In this document: in pieces, positions 48,382-58,363 of the stretch
Numbering within the stretch: the first letter of the stretch is position 1
Layout: the number at the start of each line of letters is the position of its first letter
DNA from: Burkholderiales bacterium
Lineage (GTDB): Bacteria > Pseudomonadota > Gammaproteobacteria > Burkholderiales > SHXO01
Direction: 5' to 3'
Assembly (NCBI GenBank): GCA_035499005.1
Contig: DATJZQ010000075.1
Location: forward strand, 6,760-70,759
Length of the DNA stretch: 64,000 bases
The notes under the pieces: model-generated
What the model was told of the DNA's origin: nothing
Databases searched by the model: none
What the model saw: the letters and a program-made list of their open reading frames with translations, nothing else
Program-made: the position numbers and the translations under genes

Positions 48382-49773
48382 CTAGGCTTGTGCCAGAGGG
48401 AAGGCAACGCTCACACGCGTGCCGCGGCCGGCCTCGCCCACTTCGAGGCGAACATCAGCGTCGTGTGTGGCGGCGATCTCGCGAACGATCGCCAAGCCAA
48501 GACCGCTACCCGACCTCTGTAGCGCCGCGCTGCCACGGTGAAAACGCTCCAGCACGCTTGCGCGCTCGTCCTCGGGAATGCCCGGCCCATTGTCTTCAAC
48601 CTTGAGCACGGCTGTACCCGCGTTGAGTTCCACGCGCACGGTGGCCTCCCCGCCGCCCGGCGTGTAGCGGATCGCGTTATCGATCAGGTTCCCCAGCAAC
48701 TCTTCGAGCAGAATGCGATTTGCACGCACGTGTGCTTGAGAGTCCGCTCCCTCGAACCCGAGGTCGATGCCCCGCGCCAACGCTCGTGGTACCCAGCGCG
48801 CGGTCGTGTCACGTGCCAGCTCGCTGAGATCCAGCGGCTCGACCTGCGGCGAGCGTCGGCTTCCAGGCTCCAGCCGGGCGAGCGAAAGCAGTTGATTGAC
48901 CAGGTGGCCGGCCCTGCCTGCGGCTTCGTGAAGTTGCTCCAGCGATCGGCGTACCGCCTGAGGGTCGCTCTCGCGCAGCGCCAGCTCGGCCTGGGTATGA
49001 AGCCCGGCCAGCGGCGTACGCAATTGATGCGCGGCGTTGCCCACAAAGCGCCGATGGGCAGCTAGCGCGCTGTCCAGGCGCGACAATAGTGCGTTGATGG
49101 CGTCGACCAGGGGCCGCACTTCGCGCGGGACACGTTGTGCCTGCACCGGGCTCAGGTCCTGATCGGACCGGCGGCCCACCTCCAGGCGCAATCGGTCGAG
49201 TGGGGACAACCCTCGGCCAACGCCGTACCAAACACCGATGGCAGCGAGGACGACCAGCAGCCCCTCGGGAATCAGGGTTGCGAAGAGTATTTCGCGCGCG
49301 ATGAAGCGGCGTGCGTCCGTAGATTCTGCCGCCGCAACGAGCACCTCTTCACGGGCGCCAGGCAATGGCACCAAAGAGGCCGCTACTCGCACCGTTGCGC
49401 TGCCGAATTGAGCTTCGTAGTAGCGGGTAGCGCCCGGAGCCAGAAACCTGGGTGCCGGGAGCGTCGGGTCGCCGGCGATGTGCTTTCCCGATGCAGTAGC
49501 GACCCGATAGTAGACGCGGTCCTCTTCGTCCCACTCCAGGATCTGAATCGCCGCGCTGGGCAGATCGATGGCAGGTTGCCCGTCGACTACGGTCAACTGG
49601 CGCTCGATGTCTCGGATGGACGCGTGTAGAGATCGATCGTACGCCCGCGTAGTGAAGTGCAAAGCGAGAAGGTAGGCGAGCCCCGAGCTGCCCAGCGACC
49701 ACAGCACAAGGGGCGCAAGCAGCCATGCCAGCAGCCGCTGGCGCAGTGACCAGACCCCACTGCGCCGCGTCAC
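48382..49773 (-). CDS. Two-component sensor histidine kinase (TctE/QseC-like)
   Basis: 463 aa. It has two transmembrane segments, the H-box RFVGNAAHQLRTPLAG, the N-box LLGNLIDNAIRYT and the G-box GSGLGLAIV. Confidence 0.9.
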   Translation of the reverse strand: MTRRSGVWSLRQRLLAWLLAPLVLWSLGSSGLAYLLALHFTTRAYDRSLHASIRDIERQLTVVDGQPAIDLPSAAIQILEWDEEDRVYYRVATASGKHIAGDPTLPAPRFLAPGATRYYEAQFGSATVRVAASLVPLPGAREEVLVAAAESTDARRFIAREILFATLIPEGLLVVLAAIGVWYGVGRGLSPLDRLRLEVGRRSDQDLSPVQAQRVPREVRPLVDAINALLSRLDSALAAHRRFVGNAAHQLRTPLAGLHTQAELALRESDPQAVRRSLEQLHEAAGRAGHLVNQLLSLARLEPGSRRSPQVEPLDLSELARDTTARWVPRALARGIDLGFEGADSQAHVRANRILLEELLGNLIDNAIRYTPGGGEATVRVELNAGTAVLKVEDNGPGIPEDERASVLERFHRGSAALQRSGSGLGLAIVREIAATHDADVRLEVGEAGRGTRVSVAFPLAQA

Positions 49774-49812
49774 GCTGATGCCCGAGGTCCGCCGTGAGCT
49801 CGGTTCGACACC

Positions 49813-50502
49813 TCAAGCATGGGTCGATTTTTCGACGCTTGGCTTCTCGACCAGGTAGCCCAGTCCCCGAATCGTCCGGATCAGCACACCGGCGGGCTCG
49901 ATCTTTCGCCGCAGGCGGTGGACAAAGACCTCGATCGCATTCGGACCGACCTCATCGCTGACGCCGTACAGGCGATCGGCGAGCTGATCCTTGCTCACCA
50001 CGCGTCCGCTGCTTAGGAGCAGCGCCTCCAGCAGCGCGACCTCGCGCGCTGACAGGTCGAGGGCTTCGCCGTCGACAAAGGCACGGCGGGCAGTCGTATC
50101 CAGTGTCAAGGCGCCATGCGTAATGCGTGCAGTGCTTGCGGACTGAGCGCGGCGCACCAATGCACGCACTCTCGCCTCCAGCTCGGCCAGGTTGAACGGC
50201 TTTACCAGATAGTCGTCTGCCCCAAGGTCCAGCCCTGCGACGCGGTCTTCAACCGCGTCCCGTGCGGTCAAGATCAAGACTGGCACGCCCGACGCGCGTC
50301 GGCGCAGACGCCGCAGAACCTCCAGACCGTCGAGTCCGGGCAGTCCCAGATCCAGAACCACCAGGTCGAATGCGTGCACTGACAACAGATCGTCAGCGAG
50401 CTTTCCGTCTTGCGCGATGTCAACCGCGTAGCCGGCGCTGCGCAGCGAGCGGCTGAGGCCATCGCGCAGCACCGAGTCGTCTTCCACCACCAGAATGCGC
50501 AT
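49813..50502 (-). CDS. OmpR-family response regulator (TctD/QseB-like)
   Basis: 229 aa. The receiver domain reads MRILVVEDD...[14 protein letters not shown], and the C-terminus is a winged helix (IEVFVHRLRRKI...IRTIRGLGY). Confidence 0.92.
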   Translation of the reverse strand: MRILVVEDDSVLRDGLSRSLRSAGYAVDIAQDGKLADDLLSVHAFDLVVLDLGLPGLDGLEVLRRLRRRASGVPVLILTARDAVEDRVAGLDLGADDYLVKPFNLAELEARVRALVRRAQSASTARITHGALTLDTTARRAFVDGEALDLSAREVALLEALLLSSGRVVSKDQLADRLYGVSDEVGPNAIEVFVHRLRRKIEPAGVLIRTIRGLGYLVEKPSVEKSTHA

Positions 50503-50583
50503 AGATCTCCTCGATCGATAGGGTAAGGCTCACGTAAGAATGCAGCGCTAAGCTGCGGACCTCATCGGAGTCCCCTCTCCGAC

Positions 50584-50613
50584 AGGCCGACGCCCCCTCG
50601 TCGGCCTTTTTTT
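50584..50613 (+). terminator. Canonical rho-independent terminator on the + strand with no upstream +-strand gene
   Basis: AGGCCGACG (50584-50592), loop CCCCCT, CGTCGGCCT (50599-50607), running into T7 (50607-50613). It lies 82 nt from the response-regulator start codon, which is on the opposite strand. Confidence 0.6.
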
Positions 50614-50946
50614 CGTTGCTCGATTCCGTAAACGCACGGCGCGACTTCCAGCTTACAGACTGCTCCAATTCCTGCGTGCGGCGACTCATGCTCGGAGTGC
50701 GTGGCGCTCTTATCACGCCACGCCCAGAGCGTCGAATCTCGCCGAAGGTATTGCGTTAACCCTCGATTTTTGCTAGTTTTTTGTACACGGCCAGCGAGAC
50801 GAGCATGGCATGCGTCGTGCTTAGGTTCACGCATCGCCTGTCGTTAACAAAGATGAAATTCAAGCGGGGAGGTTTCCGGGACGATGTTGCCAGCCGGTGC
50901 ACCTCCAGAAGACAAGACAAAAGCAGCAATAAGAAACCTACTCGCG

Positions 50947-51954
50947 ATGCCCAGAAAAATAATCTTTGCCCTGCTCATCGCAGCCCAGTCTGCGTTGGGT
51001 GCGGATCAGCCTGACCCGCCGTCTGTTTCTATTGTGCCCTTGGCGGAGACGCCGGGGGAGTCGGTCGAATTGCCTTTCCCCGTGCCGAGCACGCCCGCCG
51101 TGCTTGCTCCGAGCCTCAGCTTTGCCGAACCGGATAGCGCAGTCGCCGCACGCCAGCGCGACTTGAAGCTGCGCTCGGCCGCTGCCCTCGTTCTGGAACT
51201 GGGTGAGGGGCAGCTGCTGTATGCGAAGAACACCGATGCGGTTATGCCCATTGCATCGATAACCAAGCTGATGACCGCGATGGTCGTGCTCGATTCCGGG
51301 CTTCCGCTCGATGAGCTCATCACCATCCAGCCGGCCGACGTCGATACCCTCAAGGGAACGCGCTCGCGCCTCAAGGTCGGAATGACTTTGAGCCGGCACG
51401 AATTGCTGAAGCTCGCCTTGATGGCATCTGAGAATCGAGCAGCGGCCGCGCTGGCGCGTACGTCACCCGGCGGCTTGCAGGCCTTCGTGCCCGCCATGAA
51501 CCAGAAGGCGAGGGACCTGGGGATGCACGACACGCGTTTCCTCGATGCCACCGGCCTCAATCCCCGGAATGTTTCCACGGCGCAGGACCTGGCGATCATG
51601 GTCAACGCGGGCTACCAGTACCCGCTCATCCGCGAGTTCACGACCACCGATTCGCACCGGATTGCGCTCAGCGGACGGCGCTATCAGCGCGTGGTCGCCT
51701 TCCGTAACTCGAACGGTTTGGTGCGCAGCCACCAGTGGGATATCGGTCTGTCCAAGACCGGTTACATCAGCGAGGCCGGCCGCTGCCTGGTCATGCAGGC
51801 CACCATCGCGGCGAAGCCAGTCATCATTGTCCTGCTCGATTCGTGGGGCAAGCTGTCTCGCGTAGGCGATGCCAATCGCATCAAGCGCTGGCTCGAAGGC
51901 CTGTCCTCCCCGACTACCCCAGCCGTTCATACGCACAAGCCGCGTATTTGGTGA
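50947..51954 (+). CDS. pbpG: D-alanyl-D-alanine endopeptidase (PBP7-like, S11 family)
   Basis: The signal peptide is MPRKIIFALLIAAQSALGA. SxxK (ASITKLMT), SxN (SENR) and KTG motifs are present. ATG 50947 was chosen inside track ORF 50884-51954. Confidence 0.88.
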   Translation: MPRKIIFALLIAAQSALGADQPDPPSVSIVPLAETPGESVELPFPVPSTPAVLAPSLSFAEPDSAVAARQRDLKLRSAAALVLELGEGQLLYAKNTDAVMPIASITKLMTAMVVLDSGLPLDELITIQPADVDTLKGTRSRLKVGMTLSRHELLKLALMASENRAAAALARTSPGGLQAFVPAMNQKARDLGMHDTRFLDATGLNPRNVSTAQDLAIMVNAGYQYPLIREFTTTDSHRIALSGRRYQRVVAFRNSNGLVRSHQWDIGLSKTGYISEAGRCLVMQATIAAKPVIIVLLDSWGKLSRVGDANRIKRWLEGLSSPTTPAVHTHKPRIW

Positions 51955-52116
51955 GCGTCGTTCGCGGCGCTAAGGGCGCGCCGCCGACGGGGCAGCTGTG
52001 ATTCCGAGTGCGCGCGGGTGGTATCATCCTGCGGGCAACACTAGCGCCCGGGCGAGTCTTGGGCGTTTCTGTGGCCAACCCTCAGCCGGTCTTCGGCAAG
52101 AGTCGCGAAACGCCGC

Positions 52117-52854
52117 ATGCGCGTCGGTCTGTTCGTCACCTGTCTGGTCGATCTGATGCGTCCGAGCGTCGGGTTGAGCGCCTTGAAGCTGCTCGAAGAC
52201 GCCGGCTGCGAGGTGCTCGTCCCCGCGACGCAGACCTGTTGCGGCCAGCCGGCCTACAACTCGGGTGACCGTCGCGTGGCCCAGGCGCTGGCGCGCAAGG
52301 TGCTGAGGGAATTTTCCAGCTGCGACTACGTCGTGGTACCTTCGGGCTCGTGCGGCGGGATGATCAAAGTGCATTATGTTCAGCTTCTGGAAGAGTTTCC
52401 CGAGCTACGATCTGAGGTCGAGCACCTGGCACACAATGTTTGGGAGTTGGCCGATTTCCTGGTGAGCGTGCTCGCTGTGCAGCGGGTAGCGGGACGGTTT
52501 GAGGGCACGGTCACTTACCACGACTGCTGCTCCGGCCTGCGCGAGCTCGGCGTCAAGCTTCAGCCGCGCGAGCTCCTTGCCAAAGTCCCCGGCCTGACGC
52601 TGAGGGAGATGGGCAGTCCGGAGCAGTGCTGCGGATTCGGCGGTACTTTCGCAGTCAAGTTCGGCGACATCTCGGCGCACATCGCGGATGAAAAGTGCGC
52701 TGACATCGCGCACACGGGTGCCGACGCGGTGGTCCTGGGCGACGTCGGCTGCATGCTGAACATAGAAGGCCGGCTGCGGCGCCGCGGTGATGCCCAGACC
52801 AAGGTAGTCCACTTTGCGGAGATCCTGGCGGGGGTGACGAACGATCCAAGCTAG
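52117..52854 (+). CDS. lutA: Lactate utilisation protein A-like (Fe-S)-binding protein with two CCG domains
   Basis: 245 aa. MRVGLFVTCLVDLMRP, TCCGQPAYNSG and QCCGFGGTF match the LutA/YkgE family. Confidence 0.85.
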   Translation: MRVGLFVTCLVDLMRPSVGLSALKLLEDAGCEVLVPATQTCCGQPAYNSGDRRVAQALARKVLREFSSCDYVVVPSGSCGGMIKVHYVQLLEEFPELRSEVEHLAHNVWELADFLVSVLAVQRVAGRFEGTVTYHDCCSGLRELGVKLQPRELLAKVPGLTLREMGSPEQCCGFGGTFAVKFGDISAHIADEKCADIAHTGADAVVLGDVGCMLNIEGRLRRRGDAQTKVVHFAEILAGVTNDPS

Positions 52855-52931
52855 AATGTGACCTCCTGCTGGTGCCGTTTCGGCGCCAGCGCTGCTTTTG
52901 CAGGAGCAGGGTTCGGTTTCGACAGCAGCTC

Positions 52932-54332
52932 ATGCAGGTCACTTCGCAACAGTTCAAGCGCAAAGCCGCGGAGGCGCTGGCCAACCCGAAGCTGCGCAAG
53001 GCGCTCTCCAACCTGCGCGCGCGCATGGTAATCGGCCGCGCGCAGTCGGTCCTGGAGCTGGATAATCTCGAGCAGATCCGCGAGGCGGCAAAGAGCGCGC
53101 GCGACTTTGCTCTCGCGCATCTCGACCATCTGCTGGAACAGTTCGAGCGCAATGCCTGCGCGCGGGGCGCGCAGGTGCATTGGGCCGAGACGGGTGACGA
53201 CGTCAACCGGCTGGTGCTCGAGATCGCGCGGCGCAACGCCGTGCGCAAGATCATCAAATCCAAATCGATGTTGGGAGAGGAGACCGGACTCAACCACTAT
53301 CTCGAGGCGGCCGGTATCGAGGTTCGAGAGACGGATCTCGGCGAATACATCATTCAGGAAGCGCGCGAGACCCCTTCGCACATCATCGCTCCGGCCATCC
53401 ATCGCACTGCGGACGAGATCGCCGACCTGTTCCAGCAGAAGCACAAGCTGCCGCGCAAAACCGACATTGGCGAGATGACGCGCGAGGCGCGCATGGTGCT
53501 GCGCCCGCACTTCCTGACCGCCGACATGGGCATTACGGGTGCCAACTTCCTGGTGGCGGAGAGCGGCACCAGCATGATCGTGACCAACGAGGGCAACGGC
53601 CGGATGACGACAACTCTGCCCCGCGTGCACGTCGCCATCGCTGGTATCGAAAAAGTGCTGCCTACACTGGAAGACGTTGCCTTCATCCTGCGGCTGTTGA
53701 CGCGGTCGGCAACCGGGCAGTCGATCAGCAACTACCTCACGTTTACCACCGGACCCAAGCAGGCGGGCGACAAGGACGGTCCGGATGAGTTTCACATCAT
53801 CCTCGTCGACGCCGGCCGCACGCGGGTGCTCGCCTCGGATTTACGCGCCGCGCTGCGCTGCATCCGCTGTGGGGCTTGCATGAATCACTGTCCGGTTTAT
53901 CAGAGCGTGGGCGGTCACGCGTACGGCTGGGTGTATCCCGGGCCGATCGGCGCGGTGCTTACGCCGGCCTACGTCGGGCTGGAGAACGCGCTCGACCTGC
54001 CGAATGCCGCTACGATGTGCAATCAGTGCGGGGTCGTTTGCCCTGTAAAGATTCCGCTGCCCGATCTCATGCGCAAGCTGCGCGAGCAACAGGTCGAACG
54101 CGGATTGCGCCCCTGGTCCGAGCGCCTCGCGCTCAGGTTCTGGGCATGGGTCGCGTTACGGCCCGAGGCGTACGCGTGGATCGCACGTCTGCTGGCCGCG
54201 GTTGGACGCTGGGCCGGTGGGTCGATGCGGCTGATGCACAAGCTTCCCGGCGGTGCGTCCTGGAGCCGCTACCGCGATATGCCGGCGCCGCCAGGCAAGA
54301 CCTTCCGCGAGCTCTATCGTCGCCGCAAGTGA
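52932..54332 (+). CDS. lutB: Lactate utilisation protein B-like 4Fe-4S protein
   Basis: 466 aa from ATG 52932, inside track ORF 52872-54332. The ferredoxin motifs CIRCGACMNHCPVY and CNQCGVVCPVKIP match the LutB/YkgF family. Confidence 0.85.
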   Translation: MQVTSQQFKRKAAEALANPKLRKALSNLRARMVIGRAQSVLELDNLEQIREAAKSARDFALAHLDHLLEQFERNACARGAQVHWAETGDDVNRLVLEIARRNAVRKIIKSKSMLGEETGLNHYLEAAGIEVRETDLGEYIIQEARETPSHIIAPAIHRTADEIADLFQQKHKLPRKTDIGEMTREARMVLRPHFLTADMGITGANFLVAESGTSMIVTNEGNGRMTTTLPRVHVAIAGIEKVLPTLEDVAFILRLLTRSATGQSISNYLTFTTGPKQAGDKDGPDEFHIILVDAGRTRVLASDLRAALRCIRCGACMNHCPVYQSVGGHAYGWVYPGPIGAVLTPAYVGLENALDLPNAATMCNQCGVVCPVKIPLPDLMRKLREQQVERGLRPWSERLALRFWAWVALRPEAYAWIARLLAAVGRWAGGSMRLMHKLPGGASWSRYRDMPAPPGKTFRELYRRRK

Positions 54333-54393
54333 ACCCCTACATGCACTCCTTCCGTGCGGCCGCGCGCTGCACTGCCGACGCGAATACCCTGTT

Positions 54394-55047
54394 ATGAACG
54401 CGCGAGACAGGATCCTGGCGCGGGTTCGCCTTGCCCTCGACCGCGCCAGCGAGACCGCCCAGAGTGAGAGCGCGGCCACGGTCCGCGATCGCCTGCGCAA
54501 TCGCCCGCGCGGACCTTTGCCCGCAATGAACTGGGACCTCGTGCCGCGTTTCCGGGAACGCTGCTTTTCCTTGTCCAGCACTGTGGATGAGATTGCGCGG
54601 TTGGATCAGGTGCCGCACGCTGTCGCCCGCTATCTGGCCGGAAATGCGCTGCCGTCGGCGTGCGTGTGCTGGCCGGAGCTCGCGCCCTTGGAATGGACTG
54701 CCGCCGGACTGCAGGTGGAAGCGCGGCCAGCGACCGGCGATGACGCAACCGGCATCAGCGGGGTCTTCTGTGCCATCGCGGAGACCGGAACGCTCATGCT
54801 CCTGTCCGGCGCTGAAAACTACGCCACTACGAGCTTGCTGCCCGACACGCATATCGCAGTCGTACCGGCAACGCGCATCGTGCGCTCGATGGAGGACGCA
54901 TGGGACCTGCTTCGAAGCGAGCGTGGCGCCTTGCCGCGTCAGGTGACCTTTGTGTCCGGACCGTCCCGCACCGGCGATATCGAGATGACATTGGTGCTCG
55001 GTATCCATGGGCCGTATCGCGTCCATGTCATCGTCGTGGGCGGCTAG
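54394..55047 (+). CDS. lutC: Lactate utilisation protein C-like (LUD domain)
   Basis: 217 aa from ATG 54394, inside track ORF 54253-55047. It holds the third position of the lutABC/ykgEFG arrangement. SGPSRTGDIE is a typical C-terminal LUD motif. Confidence 0.8.
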   Translation: MNARDRILARVRLALDRASETAQSESAATVRDRLRNRPRGPLPAMNWDLVPRFRERCFSLSSTVDEIARLDQVPHAVARYLAGNALPSACVCWPELAPLEWTAAGLQVEARPATGDDATGISGVFCAIAETGTLMLLSGAENYATTSLLPDTHIAVVPATRIVRSMEDAWDLLRSERGALPRQVTFVSGPSRTGDIEMTLVLGIHGPYRVHVIVVGG

Positions 55048-55092
55048 CGCGGCCCCCTCCCTGCTCGTAGCTGATGCTGTCCCGGGGCGATC

Positions 55093-56304
55093 GTGGACCT
55101 GAGCTTTCTGCCGCGCTTTCCATTCGCACTGGGGGATCTGAGCGTTATCGCGCTCATCTTGCTCGCCGGCCTTGGGACCGGGGAGTTGTTCCGCCGCGTA
55201 CTGCTGCTGCCGCGCATCAGCGGATACGTGCTGGCCGGCGTGCTGCTGGGGCCGGGCACCTTCGGCCTGCTCGACCGCGGGATGTTGGAAGCTGCGCAGC
55301 TGCTGTTCGACATTGCTCTCGGGCTGATCCTGTTCGAGCTCGGCTCCCGGCTCGACTGGCAATGGTTCCGACACAACCGCTGGCTGCTGGCGAGCAGCTT
55401 GGCAGAGATCGCGTTTTCGTTCTCGCTCGTGTGGCTGTTGCTCGGCGCGCTGCGCATGCCCTTGCTGCACGCAGCCATCGCAGCCGCAATCGGCGTAGCC
55501 ACCGGTGCATCGGTATTGCTGGTCGTCATTCACGACCGGCGTGCGGACGGCCCCCTTACCGATCGTGCAGTCAACCTGACTGCGCTGAACAACGTGGTTG
55601 CGGTCGTGGCGGTGACCATGCTGCTTGCACCTCTGCATCTCCAATACCGGCCAGGCGTCACAACTTTACTCTTGCAGCCAGCGTATCTGTTGCTTGGCTC
55701 GATCCTGCTCGGCTACGCGACCAGTGTCGCCCTGGTGCTGCTCGCGCGCTGGCTCGGCAAGCGCGAGGAGCTCCAGTTCATTGCGCTGGTGGCGATGGTG
55801 CTGCTTACCGTTGGCATAGCGAAAGCGCTGCAGCTGTCCATGCTGGTCTCCCTGCTCGCATTGGGCGTCATGGCGCGCAATCGCGATCGCGCTCGGCACC
55901 TCCTACCGGTGGAGTTCGGCCCCAGCGCACAGGTTCTCTTCGTCGTCCTGTTTGTGCTCACCGGCGCAGCGGTGACGCTCGGCGAGCTGGCCGCGGGCGC
56001 TGGGATGGCTCTCGCCTATGTTCTGATCAGGCTTGCCGGCAAGCTGCTGGGAGTGGTGATGTTTTCGGGTCCATCCGGCCTGTCAACGCGCAAAGCCGGC
56101 TTGCTCGGGCTGACGCTGATGCCGATGTCGGCCACAGCAGTGGCGATGGTGGACGCTACCGCCCGCTACTATCCTCAATTCGGGGACCGTGTGGCCTCCG
56201 TTGTGCTGGGCGCAGTCCTGATTCTGGAGTTGACTGCGCCGCTCGCTACCCAGATCGCGCTGCGCGCCGCCGGCGAAACCCGCGCCGACGCGAACGGGCG
56301 CTGA
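55093..56304 (+). CDS. Cation:proton antiporter (Kef/CPA2-like membrane domain only)
   Basis: 403 aa with a GTG start and about 11-12 hydrophobic segments. The N-terminus ILLAGLGTGELFRRVLLLPRISGYVLAGVLLGP is typical of the Na+/H+ exchanger family. No RCK/KTN domain is present. Confidence 0.8.
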   Translation: MDLSFLPRFPFALGDLSVIALILLAGLGTGELFRRVLLLPRISGYVLAGVLLGPGTFGLLDRGMLEAAQLLFDIALGLILFELGSRLDWQWFRHNRWLLASSLAEIAFSFSLVWLLLGALRMPLLHAAIAAAIGVATGASVLLVVIHDRRADGPLTDRAVNLTALNNVVAVVAVTMLLAPLHLQYRPGVTTLLLQPAYLLLGSILLGYATSVALVLLARWLGKREELQFIALVAMVLLTVGIAKALQLSMLVSLLALGVMARNRDRARHLLPVEFGPSAQVLFVVLFVLTGAAVTLGELAAGAGMALAYVLIRLAGKLLGVVMFSGPSGLSTRKAGLLGLTLMPMSATAVAMVDATARYYPQFGDRVASVVLGAVLILELTAPLATQIALRAAGETRADANGR

Positions 56305-56325
56305 CATCCTCAGTCGTCAGCTAGC

Positions 56326-57468
56326 ATGCCGCCACCCCTGCCGTTCAAGACTTCCGAGCGCTATACGCTGGGCGTAGAGCTCGAGCTGCAGGTGCTGAAC
56401 AGCCGCGATTTCGACCTTGTCGGCGCTGCGGGGGATCTGCTAGCGCTGCTCGAGAAGGTGCCTCACCCTGGCGAGATCAAGCCCGAGATCACGGAAGCCA
56501 TGATCGAGGTGTCGACGGGCATCCAGCACGGTTATGCAGGCGTGCTGACCGAGCTGACTGCAATCCGCGATGTGATGGTGCGCCAGGCGCAGCGGCTTAA
56601 TCTGGGTGTTGCCGGGGGAGGCACCCATCCGTTTCAGGAGTGGCAGGATCAGCGCATCTTCTCAGCGCCCCGCTATCGTTACATCCACGATCTGTACGGG
56701 TACCTGGCCAAGCAGTTCACCGTATTCGGACAGCACGTGCACATCGGCTGCGACAGCGGCGATGCTGCCGTCTGGTTGATCCACCTGTTCTCCCGCTATA
56801 TTCCGCACTTCATCGCGTTGTCCGCATCTTCTCCCTTCTTTCAAGGCGCCGACACCGCGTTTGCGTCGTCGCGCTTGAACAGCGTCAGCGCCTTCCCTCT
56901 CGCTGGTCACATTCCGTTCGTGCCGGATTGGACCGCCTTCACCGAATACTTCGATCACATGCGCCGACTGCAGGTGGTGGAGAGCATGAAGGACTTTTAC
57001 TGGGATATCCGCCCGAAGCCGGAGTACGGCACAATCGAGCTGCGGGTGTGCGACACGCCGCTGACCCTGGAGCGTTCTGCAGCGCTGGCGGAGTACGCTC
57101 GGGCTCTGGCGCGCTATCTTTGGGAGGATAGACCGCTCGAGCCCTCTGCCGATGTGTACCGCGTGTACGGCTACAACCGCTTCCTCGCCTGCCGCTTCGG
57201 GCTGGAGGCCGAGGTGATCGATCCGTATGAGCGGCGCAAGCGGCTGCTGTCCGAGGAGATCGGCTACACACTGGGACTCGTGGGCCCTTATGCCAGCGAC
57301 GAAGCTGGCGCGAGCGCCTTGCAGCACCTGCGAGAGGCGGCAACCACGCGGCGTGGCGACAGCGTCCTGTTACGCGAACGCATGGCGCAGAGCAAATCCT
57401 TGAGCGATGTCGTGCGCTGGGCCGCGGGGCTGTGGATGCACGGTTCGGCTGACGGTAATAGCGGATAA
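56326..57468 (+). CDS. ybdK: Carboxylate-amine ligase, YbdK / glutamate-cysteine ligase family 2
   Basis: 380 aa. The GCS2-family pattern YTLGVELELQVLN...HVHIG...YWDIRPKPEYGTIELRVCD is present. Confidence 0.85.
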   Translation: MPPPLPFKTSERYTLGVELELQVLNSRDFDLVGAAGDLLALLEKVPHPGEIKPEITEAMIEVSTGIQHGYAGVLTELTAIRDVMVRQAQRLNLGVAGGGTHPFQEWQDQRIFSAPRYRYIHDLYGYLAKQFTVFGQHVHIGCDSGDAAVWLIHLFSRYIPHFIALSASSPFFQGADTAFASSRLNSVSAFPLAGHIPFVPDWTAFTEYFDHMRRLQVVESMKDFYWDIRPKPEYGTIELRVCDTPLTLERSAALAEYARALARYLWEDRPLEPSADVYRVYGYNRFLACRFGLEAEVIDPYERRKRLLSEEIGYTLGLVGPYASDEAGASALQHLREAATTRRGDSVLLRERMAQSKSLSDVVRWAAGLWMHGSADGNSG

Positions 57469-57494
57469 AACAAACTGGTCAAAAGGGGGGGAAG

Positions 57495-58322
57495 GTGGAC
57501 GAACAACTCGAATCCGTTGCGCAAGTCAAGAACACGCTCATCGATCTCAGCATCAGATTCGGCCCGAAGGTGCTGGTCGCGCTCATCATCCTGGGCGTGG
57601 GTTTCTTTGTGGGGCGCTGGCTCGGTGCAGTGACGGACCGCATGCTGGAGAGACTGCGCCTCGACGTGCCCGTGCGTCAGCTCCTGGTGCGCATCGTGCG
57701 CATCCTGGTGCTGGGCTTGTTCCTGATCATGGCACTGCAAAATCTCGGCGTTGAGCTGCTGCCGCTGATTGCCGGCATCGGCATCGCGGGCGCCGGGATC
57801 GCGCTGGCCATGCAAGGCGTTCTGAGCAATGTGGCGGCCGGATTGACGATCATCTTCACCCGCCCTTTCCGGGTCGGAGAGTACGTCTCGATGGCCGGTG
57901 AGGAGGGGCAGGTCGCGGTGATCGGTCTGTTCAGCACCACACTCACGCACCCGGATCTGTCGCGAGTGGTGATCCCGAACCGCAAGATAGTTGGCGAGAT
58001 CCTGCACAACTACGGAACGATCCGCCAGATCGACATCATGGTTGGCGTGTCCTATGGAACGGATCTGAATCGGGCGCTCGGCGTCGTCCAGGACCTGCTG
58101 CGTAACAATCCGCGGGTACTCAAAGAGCCCGCGCCCATGATTCAAGTGCTGATGCTGGGCGATTCGTCGGTGAACATTGCGGTGAAGCCCTGGGTAAACG
58201 TTTCCGACTACGGCGATGCATTCGGCGAGATCAACAAGGGTATCGTCGAGACCTTCCACGCGCGCGGCATCGTGATCCCATTCCCGCAACGCGAGGTGCG
58301 CCTGCTCGGCGGCAGCGCTTGA
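57495..58322 (+). CDS. Small-conductance mechanosensitive channel (MscS family)
   Basis: 275 aa with three N-terminal transmembrane segments. FRVGEYVSMAGEEGQVAVIGLFSTTL is the beta-domain typical of MscS. Confidence 0.85.
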   Translation: MDEQLESVAQVKNTLIDLSIRFGPKVLVALIILGVGFFVGRWLGAVTDRMLERLRLDVPVRQLLVRIVRILVLGLFLIMALQNLGVELLPLIAGIGIAGAGIALAMQGVLSNVAAGLTIIFTRPFRVGEYVSMAGEEGQVAVIGLFSTTLTHPDLSRVVIPNRKIVGEILHNYGTIRQIDIMVGVSYGTDLNRALGVVQDLLRNNPRVLKEPAPMIQVLMLGDSSVNIAVKPWVNVSDYGDAFGEINKGIVETFHARGIVIPFPQREVRLLGGSA

Positions 58323-58363
58323 ACTGCGCGCAGAGGTTCTGAGGATTTTCCGTCTCGTCGGCG

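Noticed and set aside
50751-50779. Possible pbpG promoter TTGCGT-17 nt-TAGTTT.
   Set aside because: The -10 element matches only 3 of 6 positions, and several equally weak alternatives exist. The evidence is too weak to list as a feature.
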